Counted from the stretch's first letter, positions 19,309 to 29,319 are shown. The stretch: 64,000 nucleotides of DNA from Rhabdaerophilum sp. (GCA_051654985.1 JBOFZC010000030.1:19920-83919); one strand, 5' to 3'. Numbers and translations: made by a program. The notes: generated from the sequence alone by a model not told the origin.

Positions 19309-20070
19309 TTATTCAGCGGCAACTGGAAGAACGACCGCGGGTTGGGGATAGATCGTTTCGATGGACTCGCTGGCGAGTTCGGTCGGCGCGGCTGAAAACA
19401 CAACGCGTCCGCCCGCCAGCCCGATAATCCGGTCGGCGAAGCGGCGTGCGAGGTCGAGTTGATGGAGACTTACGATGGTCGTGATCCCGTCTTCCCGGCA
19501 GATCCGGTGCAAATCTCCGAGAACCTGTACAGCCGTAGTGGGATCGAGGCTTGCGACAGGTTCGTCTGCAAGCATGAGCATCGGTTGCTGTGCCATTGCC
19601 CGCGCAATCCCGACGCGCTGCTGCTGGCCTCCTGAAAGTTGGTCGGCGCGTGTCAGCGCTCGATCAGCGAGGCCGACCCTGTCCAGTACCTCAAGCGCTG
19701 CTAGACGATCAGCTTTGCCAAAAGGCAGCAACGTGCGGAAGGCGCCATGTCGGGAAAGACGTCCCATGAGCACATTTTCCAGTGCGCTGAGCCGCCCGAT
19801 AAGATGGTGCTGCTGAAAGACCATCCCCGTGCGCCGACGATGTTCGCGCAATGTCGACCGGCTTGCGAATATCGATCCGAACGCCTCGACGCGAATGTCA
19901 CCAGAGGTCGGGCGGACGAGGCCGTTGAAGCACCGCAGAAGCGTTGATTTGCCAGCTCCTGACTTTCCGAGCAGGACAACGAACTGTCCTTGCCCGACAT
20001 CAATGCTCGCCGAGTCGAGCGCCGTAACGCCGTTCGCGTAGATAACTGACACGTCGCGGGCCGACAGCAT
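19309..20070 (-). CDS. ptxA: Phosphite ABC transporter ATP-binding protein (PhnC-like)
   Basis: GKSGAGKSTLLR, LSGGQQQRVGIARA, ADEPVASLDP. Confidence 0.93.
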   Translation of the reverse strand: MLSARDVSVIYANGVTALDSASIDVGQGQFVVLLGKSGAGKSTLLRCFNGLVRPTSGDIRVEAFGSIFASRSTLREHRRRTGMVFQQHHLIGRLSALENVLMGRLSRHGAFRTLLPFGKADRLAALEVLDRVGLADRALTRADQLSGGQQQRVGIARAMAQQPMLMLADEPVASLDPTTAVQVLGDLHRICREDGITTIVSLHQLDLARRFADRIIGLAGGRVVFSAAPTELASESIETIYPQPAVVLPVAAE

Positions 20071-20391
20071 CCGAAAACCTCTCACTCTGTTCGGAAAAAT
20101 CGAACAAAACCGACTTTTGTTTGGGGTTTGGTAGATGCTGACTGCAACATTCGTGTGACAGGCGATGACCGTGTATCGACTGGAATGTCTGGAATAGGGC
20201 CACAACCCAACCGGGCTGTTCGTTGATCAAAAAAGGTCTGCGCGCGGGACTTGAAATGATCTGAATCGATAGCCGCTTTGGGAGCGCGAAGCAGGCCCAA
20301 CCTGATGCTGCAATCTGATCGCCCCTGGCTAGAAAAAGAATCGCAAGCCGGGCGGCAGAAGCCGCTTTTTGAAACCAGGGACTCTGCCCCC

Positions 20392-20540
20392 ATGGTGACT
20401 TTCGCCGCCTATGGCGGCGTTTGCGTCGCTGAATCTCTTTTCTGGCTATGGCAGGTTGAGGGACAGCGGCCAGACATGTGGGATCTATCTGGCGCATCAC
20501 TTTGCCTGATGGGAGCCGCAATCATCCTCTTCGGACCGCT
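20392..20540 (+). pseudogene. ynfA: C-terminal fragment of a YnfA-family membrane protein
   Basis: [46 protein letters not shown] matches the YnfA C-terminal half. The N-terminal half is absent. Confidence 0.75.
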
Positions 20541-20663
20541 CCGCTCCCGAACCTTGACGCCATCCGGTTCGGAAGGAATCGCACGGGAGGGCCGCAGACC
20601 TGCGGATGCCTGCAGCCGCAAACTGCCTGGGAACTCCGGGGAAGGCCTGAGTCTTGGCCTGTT

Positions 20664-21266
20664 CTAGCGCGTTCCGATCCAGCGGTTGACCCTCGCCATA
20701 TACGCTTGATAGGGCTCTCCCAGACTGGTGATGAAAACGCGCTCCTCGATTTTGACCTGAAGATGCGCCGCAAGGATGATGGCGGCGGTCAGACCGAGCT
20801 GGACGATGTCCGGGAAAACGGCGAACAGCCCGATAAACAGGATGATCTGCCCGACGAAGACCGGATTTCGCGAGATCGCAAACGGCCCGTCATCAACGAG
20901 GTCGCCTGTCTTGCCCTCTGCCGTTCCGACCCGCCATGAAGCGCCCATATGCATCTGCGATACCGCCGCGATACAGGCGCCGATGGCGATCAGCAGATGG
21001 CCAACCATATCCATTGCGATCCCGTCGAGCATCGCCCTGAAAAGATCAGTGTAACCTTCACCGATCCACGCCCGGATCAATGGCCAGATCGCGGCACCGG
21101 CAAAACCAAGCCGGAACAGCATGGCCGGGAAGGCCTGCCCGGATGTTCGGCTGCCGAAAAGCCAAACTGGCTTGCCGGCCTGTCGCGCGGCCGCGAAAGT
21201 GAGCCCGAAAAAGCTCACAAGATAGACAACAAAGAGCAGGTAGCTCACGGCTTCCATGGCGCTCAT
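20664..21266 (-). CDS. Isoprenylcysteine carboxyl methyltransferase / PEMT-family membrane protein
   Basis: [11 protein letters not shown]...[17 protein letters not shown]...EERVF...[14 protein letters not shown]. Confidence 0.88.
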   Translation of the reverse strand: MSAMEAVSYLLFVVYLVSFFGLTFAAARQAGKPVWLFGSRTSGQAFPAMLFRLGFAGAAIWPLIRAWIGEGYTDLFRAMLDGIAMDMVGHLLIAIGACIAAVSQMHMGASWRVGTAEGKTGDLVDDGPFAISRNPVFVGQIILFIGLFAVFPDIVQLGLTAAIILAAHLQVKIEERVFITSLGEPYQAYMARVNRWIGTR

Positions 21267-21276
21267 GTTGAGATCC

Positions 21277-23616
21277 TCACGCCTTTTCCGGGTTGTAGCC
21301 GAGCAGCCGCAGGGCGTTCAGTGTCACCAGCACGGTTGCGCCGGTATCGGCGAGAATGGCGATCCAGAGCCCGGTCATTCCCAGAACCGAGGTGACGAGG
21401 AACACCGCCTTCAGGCCGAGCGCGAGCACGATATTCTGCCGAATGTTGGCCATCGTCGTCCGCGAAAGCCGGATCAGCGAGGGTGTATCCTTCATCCGGT
21501 TGCGCAGCAGCGCGCCATCGGCGGTTTCAAGCGCCACATCCGTGCCCGATCCCATGGCGATGCCGATGGTGGCCGCGGCCAAGGCCGGCGTATCATTGAT
21601 GCCATCGCCGATCATCATCACATGCTGGCTTTCGGCGAGCGCCCGGATCTCGCGGACCTTGTCATCCGGGAGTAATTCGGCCCGCACATCCATGCCCAAT
21701 GTGTCTGCAATCGCCTTGCCCGTCCGAGCATTGTCGCCTGTCAGCATGATCGAGCGAATACCGAGAGAAGAAAGCTCTGCGATGGTCGCCTTGGCATCCT
21801 CGCGGGGCTCGTCCCGCAAGGCGACAAGCCCGATCGCCTGCCCGGCCTTGAAGATGGCAGCAACCGTCTTGCCTTCCGACTCCATAGCTTCGGCGGCCTC
21901 GCGTACCGACGGTGAAAGGGCACCAATTTCCGAGGCAAAGCGGGGTGAACCGACGAATACACTTTCACCCGCAATCCGCGCCTCTACGCCGCGACCGGGA
22001 ATGACACGGGCATCGACAGCCGGCAGAGGCGCAATCCCCTTCGTCGCAGCCAGCGCCAGGATGGCCTCGGCCAGCGGATGGCTTGACCCGGCTTCCACGC
22101 CAGCGGCGAGCGCCAGGACGTCGCTTTCCGGCATGCCGAAGGTCCGGACATCCGTGACCACCGGTTTTCCCCGGGTGAGCGTGCCCGTCTTGTCAAACGC
22201 GATCACGGTTGTGCGCGACGCCGCCTCGATCACCGCGCCACCCTTGAGAAGCAGGCCGCGCTTGGCGCCAGCCGAAAGCGCGGAGGCAATGGAAGCGGGA
22301 ACCGAGATAACGAGCGCGCAGGGACAGCCGATCAGCAACAGAGCCAGGCCCCGATAGATCCACGTGTTCCAGTCCGCGCCCGTCGCAAGTGGCGGCACAA
22401 TGGTTACGAGGATGGCCAGCCCGACGATGATCGGCATGTAGATGCGCGAGAACCTGTCAATGAACCGCTCGGTTGGCGCCTTGGCATCCTGGGCTTCCTC
22501 GACGAGGCGGATGATGCGGGCAATCGTGTTGTCGCTGGCCTCTTTTGTCACCCGGATCCGCAGCAGGGCTTCGCTGTTGATCGAGCCCGCAAACACCGGC
22601 TCGCCTGGTCCTTTGCTTTTCGGAACGGACTCCCCGGTCACGGGGCTTTCATCGATGCCCGAGACGCCCTCGATGATCTCGCCGTCCGCGGGGATGCGAT
22701 CTCCGGGCCGGGCCAGCACGACCTGTCCGATGCGAAGGGCCGCCGCATCAATCGTCCGCGTTGCTCCGCCTTCCTCAATGATCGCGGATTTCGGCACAAG
22801 GTCGGCCAGCGCCTTGATGCTGGCGCGCGCCTTGTTGGCCGCGACGCCTTCCAAAACCTCCCCGACGGCAAAGAGGAACACAACGAGCGCTGCTTCCTCC
22901 GCCGCGCCGATCGCCAGCGCGCCGACAGCGGCAATCGTCATCAGCATCTCGATCGTGAACGGCATGCCGGCGCGCAGGGCCGCAAGCGCCCGTCTTGCGA
23001 CCGGGATCGTTCCGATGATGCAGGCCAGAATGAACGCCCAATGGGCGAGGTTTTCCGCCGCCGCGAGCTTGACGCCCCAGGCGAGCGCAAGCAGCGCACC
23101 CGTGACAAGGACAAGCTTACCCTTCCCCGTCTCAAACCAGCGAACCCCATCCGGCGTCGGTCCATGATCATGGCCGTTTCCATCCACCGGACTGTGTTTC
23201 GCAATCAGAACTTGGGCGCGCTCATGGTCGGGCTTATGGTCGTGACCATGGTTGCAGCCTGGCCCGTGGGCATGATCGTGGGCATGGTGTTTGTGGCCAT
23301 GCTGATCAGAGCCATGTCCATCATCATGTCCGCAGCCGCCATCGCCAGACAGGTTCGGAGCCGCCGACTTGGCGGGTTCGCGCAGCGAGATGCTGTAGCC
23401 AAGCGCGGTCACGCGCGTCTCGATCTCGGCCTTTTTGGTCTGCTCGGCATCGAGGGTCAGGGACAACGTCTCCGACATGACAGAGACCTTGACGTCGCTC
23501 ACACCTGGCAGCCGCTCGACGGCCCCACGGATCTTTGCTGCGCAACTCGCGCAATCCATGCCGGAAACGGACCAGTTGACGGTTTCGAGCGACCGCGTGG
23601 TTGATGGTGCATTCAT
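21277..23616 (-). CDS. zntA: Zn/Cd/Pb P1B-type ATPase with His-rich linker
   Basis: GMDCASC HMA domain, TGES, CPCALVIS, DKTGTLT, HPLA, GDGIND. Confidence 0.93.
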   Translation of the reverse strand: MNAPSTTRSLETVNWSVSGMDCASCAAKIRGAVERLPGVSDVKVSVMSETLSLTLDAEQTKKAEIETRVTALGYSISLREPAKSAAPNLSGDGGCGHDDGHGSDQHGHKHHAHDHAHGPGCNHGHDHKPDHERAQVLIAKHSPVDGNGHDHGPTPDGVRWFETGKGKLVLVTGALLALAWGVKLAAAENLAHWAFILACIIGTIPVARRALAALRAGMPFTIEMLMTIAAVGALAIGAAEEAALVVFLFAVGEVLEGVAANKARASIKALADLVPKSAIIEEGGATRTIDAAALRIGQVVLARPGDRIPADGEIIEGVSGIDESPVTGESVPKSKGPGEPVFAGSINSEALLRIRVTKEASDNTIARIIRLVEEAQDAKAPTERFIDRFSRIYMPIIVGLAILVTIVPPLATGADWNTWIYRGLALLLIGCPCALVISVPASIASALSAGAKRGLLLKGGAVIEAASRTTVIAFDKTGTLTRGKPVVTDVRTFGMPESDVLALAAGVEAGSSHPLAEAILALAATKGIAPLPAVDARVIPGRGVEARIAGESVFVGSPRFASEIGALSPSVREAAEAMESEGKTVAAIFKAGQAIGLVALRDEPREDAKATIAELSSLGIRSIMLTGDNARTGKAIADTLGMDVRAELLPDDKVREIRALAESQHVMMIGDGINDTPALAAATIGIAMGSGTDVALETADGALLRNRMKDTPSLIRLSRTTMANIRQNIVLALGLKAVFLVTSVLGMTGLWIAILADTGATVLVTLNALRLLGYNPEKA

Positions 23617-23649
23617 GGACTTGTCCTTCAGGAGACTCAGCACCATGCT

Positions 23650-23680
23650 GGCCTACAACCTGTAGCCACTAGAGGATCAA
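23650..23680 (-). promoter_or_regulatory. MerR-type promoter/operator for the ATPase
   Basis: TTGATC, a 19-bp spacer and TAGGCC, with the dyad CCTCTAG-TGG-CTACAGG across the spacer. Confidence 0.8.
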
Positions 23681-23687
23681 GCGCAAA

Positions 23688-24140
23688 ATGCCGGGCTCAT
23701 CACAAAAATCGTCTCTCCCCCGGGTCATGCCCATCGGAGCGCTGGCCGACCGCACGGGCGTGAAGGTCGAGACGATCCGCTATTACGAACAAGCCGGGCT
23801 CTTGCCCGAGCCGGAGCGCTCCGAAGGCAATCAGCGGCGTTATGGAAAGGCGCATCTCGAACGGCTCGCCTTCATCAAGCACGGCCGCGATCTCGGCTTC
23901 AGCGTCGATGCCATCCGCGCCCTGCTCATGCTCTCAGATCGGCCAACCATGCCGTGCGACGAAGCGCATGCAATCGCGTCGCGGCATCTTGCCGATGTCC
24001 GGAGCAAGATTGCCCGTCTGCGCTCACTCGAGACCGAGCTTGAACGGATTTCCACCTCATGCCGCGGCGGCGTTCCCGTGGCCGATTGTCAGGTGATCGA
24101 TGCTCTGGCGGATCATGGCAACTGCACGCACGAGCACTGA
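23688..24140 (+). CDS. MerR-family metal regulator (CadR/PbrR/ZntR-like)
   Basis: IGALADRTGVKVETIRYYEQAGLL...C78-like PCDEAH...CRGGVPVADCQVI. Alternative start at 23727. Confidence 0.92.
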   Translation: MPGSSQKSSLPRVMPIGALADRTGVKVETIRYYEQAGLLPEPERSEGNQRRYGKAHLERLAFIKHGRDLGFSVDAIRALLMLSDRPTMPCDEAHAIASRHLADVRSKIARLRSLETELERISTSCRGGVPVADCQVIDALADHGNCTHEH

Positions 24141-24266
24141 AGTGGGATATCGAGTTTAGACTGGATTCACACTGTTCTCGATTGCGGGCAATTGTCGGAC
24201 TATTTTTTAAGTCGATGCGAGCCAATCTGAAGCTGAGGCATAAATGGCGAGAGGCTGGCGAGTGCT

Positions 24267-25460
24267 ATGAATTCACGTGAAGGGCAGAGATTTATTGCAC
24301 TTGATGCGTGGCGCGGGATAGCTGCCCTGCTTGTTGCTCTCTATCGCCTCGAAGCGGATGGATTTCTCCACGGTTTGCAGCTGATTCAGAACGCTTGGCT
24401 TTTCGTAGATTTCTTCTTCGTTCTCTCAGGATTCGTGATCGCGCACGCCTATCTTGACCGTATCGACAGTGGATCATCAGTCCGTGTTTTCGTCATTCGG
24501 CGCTTCGGTCGGGTTTGGCCTCTTCATGCAGTCCTTTTGTTCGTCTTCGTCTTCATTGAGCTTGCCCGCTTTGCCTTTGCGGTCATGAAGGGCGACCCAT
24601 CGAACACATTTGTCGATGGAAAGGCACCCATTACTATCCTTTGGGATTTGATGCTTGTCCAGGCGATCGGTTTTACAGGAACGACTTTGTGGAACACACC
24701 CGCGTGGTCGATCTCAACCGAATTCTGGACATACATTGTTTTTGCGATCCTATGTCTTGGCGGCCGCAAGGTGGTTATGCTCGCTGCACCGGCGATTGTT
24801 GCGTCAGGACTATGGGTCGTTGGCTCCTTCTCGCCGAACGGCATGGATACAACATTCCAATTCGGATTTGCTCGCTGCCTTGCGGGGTTTTTCACAGGCG
24901 TCATTGTCCTCATGCTTTGGCGCCGCTATTTCCGAACATTGGTCCTGGGTAATGACATTGCGACGCTTCTTGAAGCAGCGGCCATTACGATTGTCGGCGC
25001 ATTCGTAGCAACTGTTGGGCGATCACAATGGACGCTGCTTGCGCCATTCGTGTTCGCTATGATCGTGATTGTCTTTGCGTTTCAACGGGGGCGCATTTCA
25101 CAAGCCCTGGCTTCAGGCATTGGCCGGCTTCTAGGCGACCTGTCCTACTCGATCTACATGACGGCTCTCTTGGTCAGTCTTGCCTTCAACAAGGCGCCTG
25201 TTGTGATTTCGACCAAGATCGGGCACCCCGTCGCGACCTCACCCCATATTGGCGCGGGCAACCCTCACACCAATTTTGATCTCGGCCCGACATGGCTCAA
25301 TGATGCCTACACGCTGCTGTATCTCGCAGTGGTGATCGTGGTCTCGTGGGTAACATTTCGATGCATTGAGGTTCCGGCTCGTAATTGGTTCAACCAAAAT
25401 GCCAGCAAGGCGTTTTGGCCATTCAACAACATTGCCGCGAGAGACAAGCGCCTCGTCTGA
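24267..25460 (+). CDS. Acyltransferase-3 (OafA-like) membrane O-acyltransferase
   Basis: LDAWRGIAALLV, VDFFFVLSGFVI, IRRFGRVWPLH, WSISTEFWTY, LGDLSYSIY, IEVPAR. Confidence 0.9.
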   Translation: MNSREGQRFIALDAWRGIAALLVALYRLEADGFLHGLQLIQNAWLFVDFFFVLSGFVIAHAYLDRIDSGSSVRVFVIRRFGRVWPLHAVLLFVFVFIELARFAFAVMKGDPSNTFVDGKAPITILWDLMLVQAIGFTGTTLWNTPAWSISTEFWTYIVFAILCLGGRKVVMLAAPAIVASGLWVVGSFSPNGMDTTFQFGFARCLAGFFTGVIVLMLWRRYFRTLVLGNDIATLLEAAAITIVGAFVATVGRSQWTLLAPFVFAMIVIVFAFQRGRISQALASGIGRLLGDLSYSIYMTALLVSLAFNKAPVVISTKIGHPVATSPHIGAGNPHTNFDLGPTWLNDAYTLLYLAVVIVVSWVTFRCIEVPARNWFNQNASKAFWPFNNIAARDKRLV

Positions 25461-25639
25461 GCAACAGCCAATTGCCAAGAGAGCGTAGAATATCCCGCTG
25501 CTCGCCATGGCAAGCAGGATGAACACCGGTCGATAGCCCGCAATCAGCAAGCCGGCGAGCACGGCCTCCAATTGCGCAGGCAAGATTTGTTGCTGTGAGG
25601 AATGCCGCGAGGAAGAGCTCACCAAGGTGGCACGATCGC

Positions 25640-26830
25640 TCATTCGGCTCTGGGTTCAGTTGGCCAGAGGAATCTCGCGGCCAGAACACCGCAGGCCGCC
25701 AGCCCGGCCAACAGGAGAGCGGCGATTGGCAACCCGAATTTTGCCCCAGCCCATCCGGCCAAGGGATAGGTGATGAGCCAGCAGGCATGGCTGAGAGCGA
25801 ATTGTGCGGCGAACAACGCCGGTCGATCCTCCGGCGAAGACGAACGGCGGAGCAACCGGCCTGATGGCGTCTGTGCCATGGAGTAGCCCGCACCAAGCAG
25901 GAACCAGAGTGCGAGGAGCCAGGCAAATCCGGACAGAAGCGCTGCCAGCCCGGTGCCAAACCCAAGCAGGCTTGCGCCCGCCAACATCACGGGCCTGTCC
26001 GGAAGTCGGTCCAGAAGCTTCGGTAAAGCAACAGCGATCGTCATCGATCCTGCACCGAAAGCGGCCAGCGCCAAGGCCGTGTCTGCCTGAGTCATCGCAA
26101 ACTTCGCCTGCACGAACACCACCGTATTCACAATCACAAGAGCGCCGCCAGAGGCAACCGCGAGACTGATCGCTAGAAGCCCGCGAAGCCTCGGGGTGGC
26201 AAGATAGAGCCTGATGCCCCGCGTGGTCCGGTCATAGATCCCGCGCGGTGCGGTGGGCTTCGGGCTCGGGAGTGAGACAGATAAAACCAGGGCGGCGGAT
26301 GCCAGAAAGCCGATCACCGTGCCAACAAAGAGCGTGTGGAAGCTCATCACCGTTAACAGCAAAGCTGCAAGCATTGGGCTCAGCAGGCTTTCCAGATCAT
26401 AGGCCAGCCGCGAGAGCGAGAGTGCGCGGGTGTATTCCGCTTCATCCGGCAGCACATCAGGGATCGTCGCCTGAAAGGTTGGGGTAAAAGCAGCCGACGC
26501 CGATTGGAGGACAAAAATCAGCAGGTAGACCTGCCAGATCTCGGTGACGAAGGGCAAGAACAGAGCGACGCCCGCCCGCACCAGATCAAGCGCCACGAGC
26601 ATTGCCCGGCGAGGCACGCGTTCGGCGAACGCTGCTGCGACTGGCGCCACACCAACATAGGCAACCATTTTGATGGCGAGAGCTGTGCCGAGCACCGCTC
26701 CGGCATTCTCTCCCGCCAGGGAAAACGCGAGCAGGCCCAAAGCCACTGTGGCAAGGCCCGTCCCGATCAGGGCCACAACCTGTGCTATAAACAAGTGGCG
26801 ATAGGTTCGGTTGGCAAGAACGGCCAGCAT
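25640..26830 (-). CDS. nreB: MFS Ni/Co exporter, NreB-like
   Basis: LANRTYRHLFIAQVVALIGTGLATVALG...FTPTFQATIPDVLPDE...FAAQFALSHACWL. Confidence 0.85.
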   Translation of the reverse strand: MLAVLANRTYRHLFIAQVVALIGTGLATVALGLLAFSLAGENAGAVLGTALAIKMVAYVGVAPVAAAFAERVPRRAMLVALDLVRAGVALFLPFVTEIWQVYLLIFVLQSASAAFTPTFQATIPDVLPDEAEYTRALSLSRLAYDLESLLSPMLAALLLTVMSFHTLFVGTVIGFLASAALVLSVSLPSPKPTAPRGIYDRTTRGIRLYLATPRLRGLLAISLAVASGGALVIVNTVVFVQAKFAMTQADTALALAAFGAGSMTIAVALPKLLDRLPDRPVMLAGASLLGFGTGLAALLSGFAWLLALWFLLGAGYSMAQTPSGRLLRRSSSPEDRPALFAAQFALSHACWLITYPLAGWAGAKFGLPIAALLLAGLAACGVLAARFLWPTEPRAE

Positions 26831-26837
26831 CGTCGCC

Positions 26838-27107
26838 TCACAGATATTTCGTGATGGCTTTGAACTCGTCGATCACATGGCGCTGGTCGCGCGAGATCGC
26901 TCCAGCGACATCCTCAAGGCAATGATCAAGGTGATCGTGGATCAGGGTTTTCTTGGCTTCCGCGATGGCCTTCTCGACCGCATGAAGCTGCTGCGCAACG
27001 TCGAGGCAGGGTCGCCCGGCCTCGATCATGCCGATAACGGAATGAAGGTGCCCCTCGGCCCGCTTCAACCGCTTGATGATCTCGGGGTGAGACTGATGAA
27101 CCGACAT
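26838..27107 (-). CDS. nreA: RcnR/CsoR-family metal-sensing repressor, NreA-like
   Basis: HQSHPEIIKRLKRAEGHL...CLDVAQQLHAV...IHDHLDHC. Confidence 0.9.
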   Translation of the reverse strand: MSVHQSHPEIIKRLKRAEGHLHSVIGMIEAGRPCLDVAQQLHAVEKAIAEAKKTLIHDHLDHCLEDVAGAISRDQRHVIDEFKAITKYL

Positions 27108-27146
27108 GCCACTTGCCTTTCACAGCGATGAATGAATTGCCAAGAG

Positions 27147-27166
27147 TCCTATCCCCCCCGATAGGA
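27147..27166. promoter_or_regulatory. RcnR/CsoR-type operator
   Basis: TCCTATC-CCCCCC-GATAGGA: perfect inverted repeat around a C-tract, between the divergent nreA and His-rich genes. Confidence 0.85.
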
Positions 27167-27253
27167 TGCAGCAATCAAAATTTAACCGCATTCGTGGTTT
27201 GAGGAGGAGAGATTGCCTTGCCTGTTCGTGGGCATCGGACCAGTTACGACCAC

Positions 27254-27622
27254 ATGCACGTTCTGCGAGCCCTCTTGTTCGGAATGCTGACGCTGGCCTT
27301 GCTGCTGGCGCCGCCCTTGCGTGCCGAGTTCCACCTTCACGGCAAGCCGGGCGCCGAGATGACCGATCCGGCAGGCCTTCTGACCGCGGATCAAGACCAC
27401 CGGCAGGCTGATCACGGACATTCCCATGACGACGACGAACCGGGCCATGCCAACCACAAGCCGCATAACCCCGGCGATCACAGCCACGAAACCGCCGTTG
27501 CGGCACGGCTGATCAACCCGCTTCTCTGTCCGCTGCCGAAAACAGTCGTGATTTTCGAAACCATGGTCGGCCGCGACGGCGAGGCATCGCGGTTGGAACG
27601 TCCGCCACGTCAATCCTGGTGA
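27254..27622 (+). CDS. His-rich secreted hypothetical protein
   Basis: Signal peptide, DHGHSHDDDEPGHANHKPHNPGDHSHE. Confidence 0.65.
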   Translation: MHVLRALLFGMLTLALLLAPPLRAEFHLHGKPGAEMTDPAGLLTADQDHRQADHGHSHDDDEPGHANHKPHNPGDHSHETAVAARLINPLLCPLPKTVVIFETMVGRDGEASRLERPPRQSW

Positions 27623-27675
27623 ACCGGCGCGGATTGATCCCGCGCTCGAGTTATCCCCTCATCAGGAGCAATTCC

Positions 27676-28422
27676 ATGCAAGAGACTGTCCCAAGGGCAG
27701 ACTTCCGGTTTGGCCGGAATTCCGCCTTCACCCTCGCGCTTGTTGCGTTCAGCACCTTTACGCTGGGCCTTCTCGCCATACCCGGCAATGCTCTCGCGCA
27801 TGCCGTGGCAGAAGGCGACAAAGGCTATATCCAGGAGATCACCGGCGTTCATTTCATCCCCTTCATGTATCTCGGGGCGAAGCATATGATGACCGGCTAC
27901 GATCACCTTCTCTTCCTCGCCGGCGTGATCTTCTTCCTCTATCGGCTCAATCACATCGCGATCTATGTGACGCTGTTTGCCATCGGCCATTCGACCACGA
28001 TGATCCTCGGCGTCTATTTCAACATCGCGATCAGCGCCTACATTATCGATGCCATCATCGGTTTTTCGGTCGTCTACAAGGCGCTCGATAATATGGGCGC
28101 ATTTCAGCGCTGGTTCGGGTTCCAGCCGAACACCAAGGCAGCAACCCTGATTTTCGGCCTGTTCCACGGCTTCGGTCTCGCGGCCAAGGTTCAGGAATAC
28201 CAGATCGCAAAAGATGGCCTGCTTACCAACCTCATCGCCTTCAATATCGGTGTCGAACTCGGCCAGTTGCTGGCGCTGGGCGCGATCCTGATCGCCATGA
28301 GCTTCTGGCGCCGTTCCCCAAGGTTCTGGCGCCACGCCTACACCGCCAATGTCGCGATGATGTCTGCCGGCTTCATCCTGATGGGCATGCATATCGCCGG
28401 CTACATCAAATCACTCGCTTGA
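27676..28422 (+). CDS. HupE/UreJ-family membrane protein
   Basis: YLGAKHMMTGYDHLLFL, FAIGHSTT, FGLFHGFGLA, AFNIGVELGQ. Confidence 0.9.
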   Translation: MQETVPRADFRFGRNSAFTLALVAFSTFTLGLLAIPGNALAHAVAEGDKGYIQEITGVHFIPFMYLGAKHMMTGYDHLLFLAGVIFFLYRLNHIAIYVTLFAIGHSTTMILGVYFNIAISAYIIDAIIGFSVVYKALDNMGAFQRWFGFQPNTKAATLIFGLFHGFGLAAKVQEYQIAKDGLLTNLIAFNIGVELGQLLALGAILIAMSFWRRSPRFWRHAYTANVAMMSAGFILMGMHIAGYIKSLA

Positions 28423-28433
28423 GGACCTGACCC

Positions 28434-29078
28434 ATGTACAATTCCGACATTCCCACTCGCGCCGAACTGCCAAGCACGGCCCAGCTGATCAAATCGACAA
28501 TCATCGCCTTTATTGTCGCGATCGTCCTGCTCTTCACGGTCGTACTCCCGGCCGAACATGCGATCGATCCCACCGGTATCGGCCGCATGCTGAAGCTAAC
28601 CGAAATGGGCGAGATCAAGAAGCAGCTTGCGGCAGAAGCCGAGGCCGACCGCAAGATGGATCAGCAGACCCAGCCGGAGAAGAAGTCCGGCCTTGGCTTT
28701 TTTGTGGCGAGCTTGTTCATCAGCTCCGCTCATGCTCAGGACCTCAAGGTTGCCCAGTCCGCCGCACGTTCAGAGGAACTGACGATCTCACTCAAGCCCG
28801 GCGAAGGGGCTGAGTACAAGATGACCATGAAGAAGGGTGCCAAGGTCAACTACGTCTGGGAGGTGAGCGGCGGCAAGGTCAACTATGACATGCACGGCAC
28901 GCCATGGACCAAGATCGAGACGAGCTACAAGAAAGATCGCGGCGTGGCTGGCGATACAGGCATTCTTGAAGCCAAATTCGATGGCACCCATGGCTGGTTC
29001 TGGCGCAATCGCGACAAGGAGACCGTGACAATCAAGTTGAAAGTCTCCGGCGACTATACCGACCTCAAGAAGGTCTAG
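28434..29078 (+). CDS. Conserved membrane-anchored protein partnering HupE/UreJ
   Basis: MYNSDIP...VVLPAEHAIDPTGIG...NYDMHG...GTHGWFWRNR. Confidence 0.82.
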   Translation: MYNSDIPTRAELPSTAQLIKSTIIAFIVAIVLLFTVVLPAEHAIDPTGIGRMLKLTEMGEIKKQLAAEAEADRKMDQQTQPEKKSGLGFFVASLFISSAHAQDLKVAQSAARSEELTISLKPGEGAEYKMTMKKGAKVNYVWEVSGGKVNYDMHGTPWTKIETSYKKDRGVAGDTGILEAKFDGTHGWFWRNRDKETVTIKLKVSGDYTDLKKV

Positions 29079-29092
29079 TCGAGGCGAGCCGG

Positions 29093-29117
29093 GCGGGCGA
29101 CCGATCTGGTCGCCCGC
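29093..29117 (+). terminator. Stem-loop after the HupE module
   Basis: Perfect 10-bp stem GCGGGCGACC-GATCT-GGTCGCCCGC. No clear U-tract. Confidence 0.45.
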
Positions 29118-29319
29118 ATTGGGCCGACACGCGAAAGACAGGCTGTTCGAGACCTATCATCGACCCTAACGGTGCCAGCATAGGCACACAGGTCAGATAA
29201 ACCGCTTTTGGGTCATCGAAACGAACAATCGTCTCATTTCTTATATGTACGAAGGTTTTATCCGATCTTTGCGCGGGCCCTCCGCGGGCGAACGCACCCT
29301 TCAGAAGGCGGCATAACTG

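Noticed and set aside
20154-20171. Pho box upstream of ptxA (CGGTCAT-CGC-CTGTCAC, minus strand)
   Set aside because: Biologically plausible, but the half-site period is 10 rather than 11 bp and the match is partial. Not supportable as a feature.
29160-29215. Integron attC site
   Set aside because: Neither end fits RYYYAAC/GTTRRRY exactly and there is no integrase in the window.
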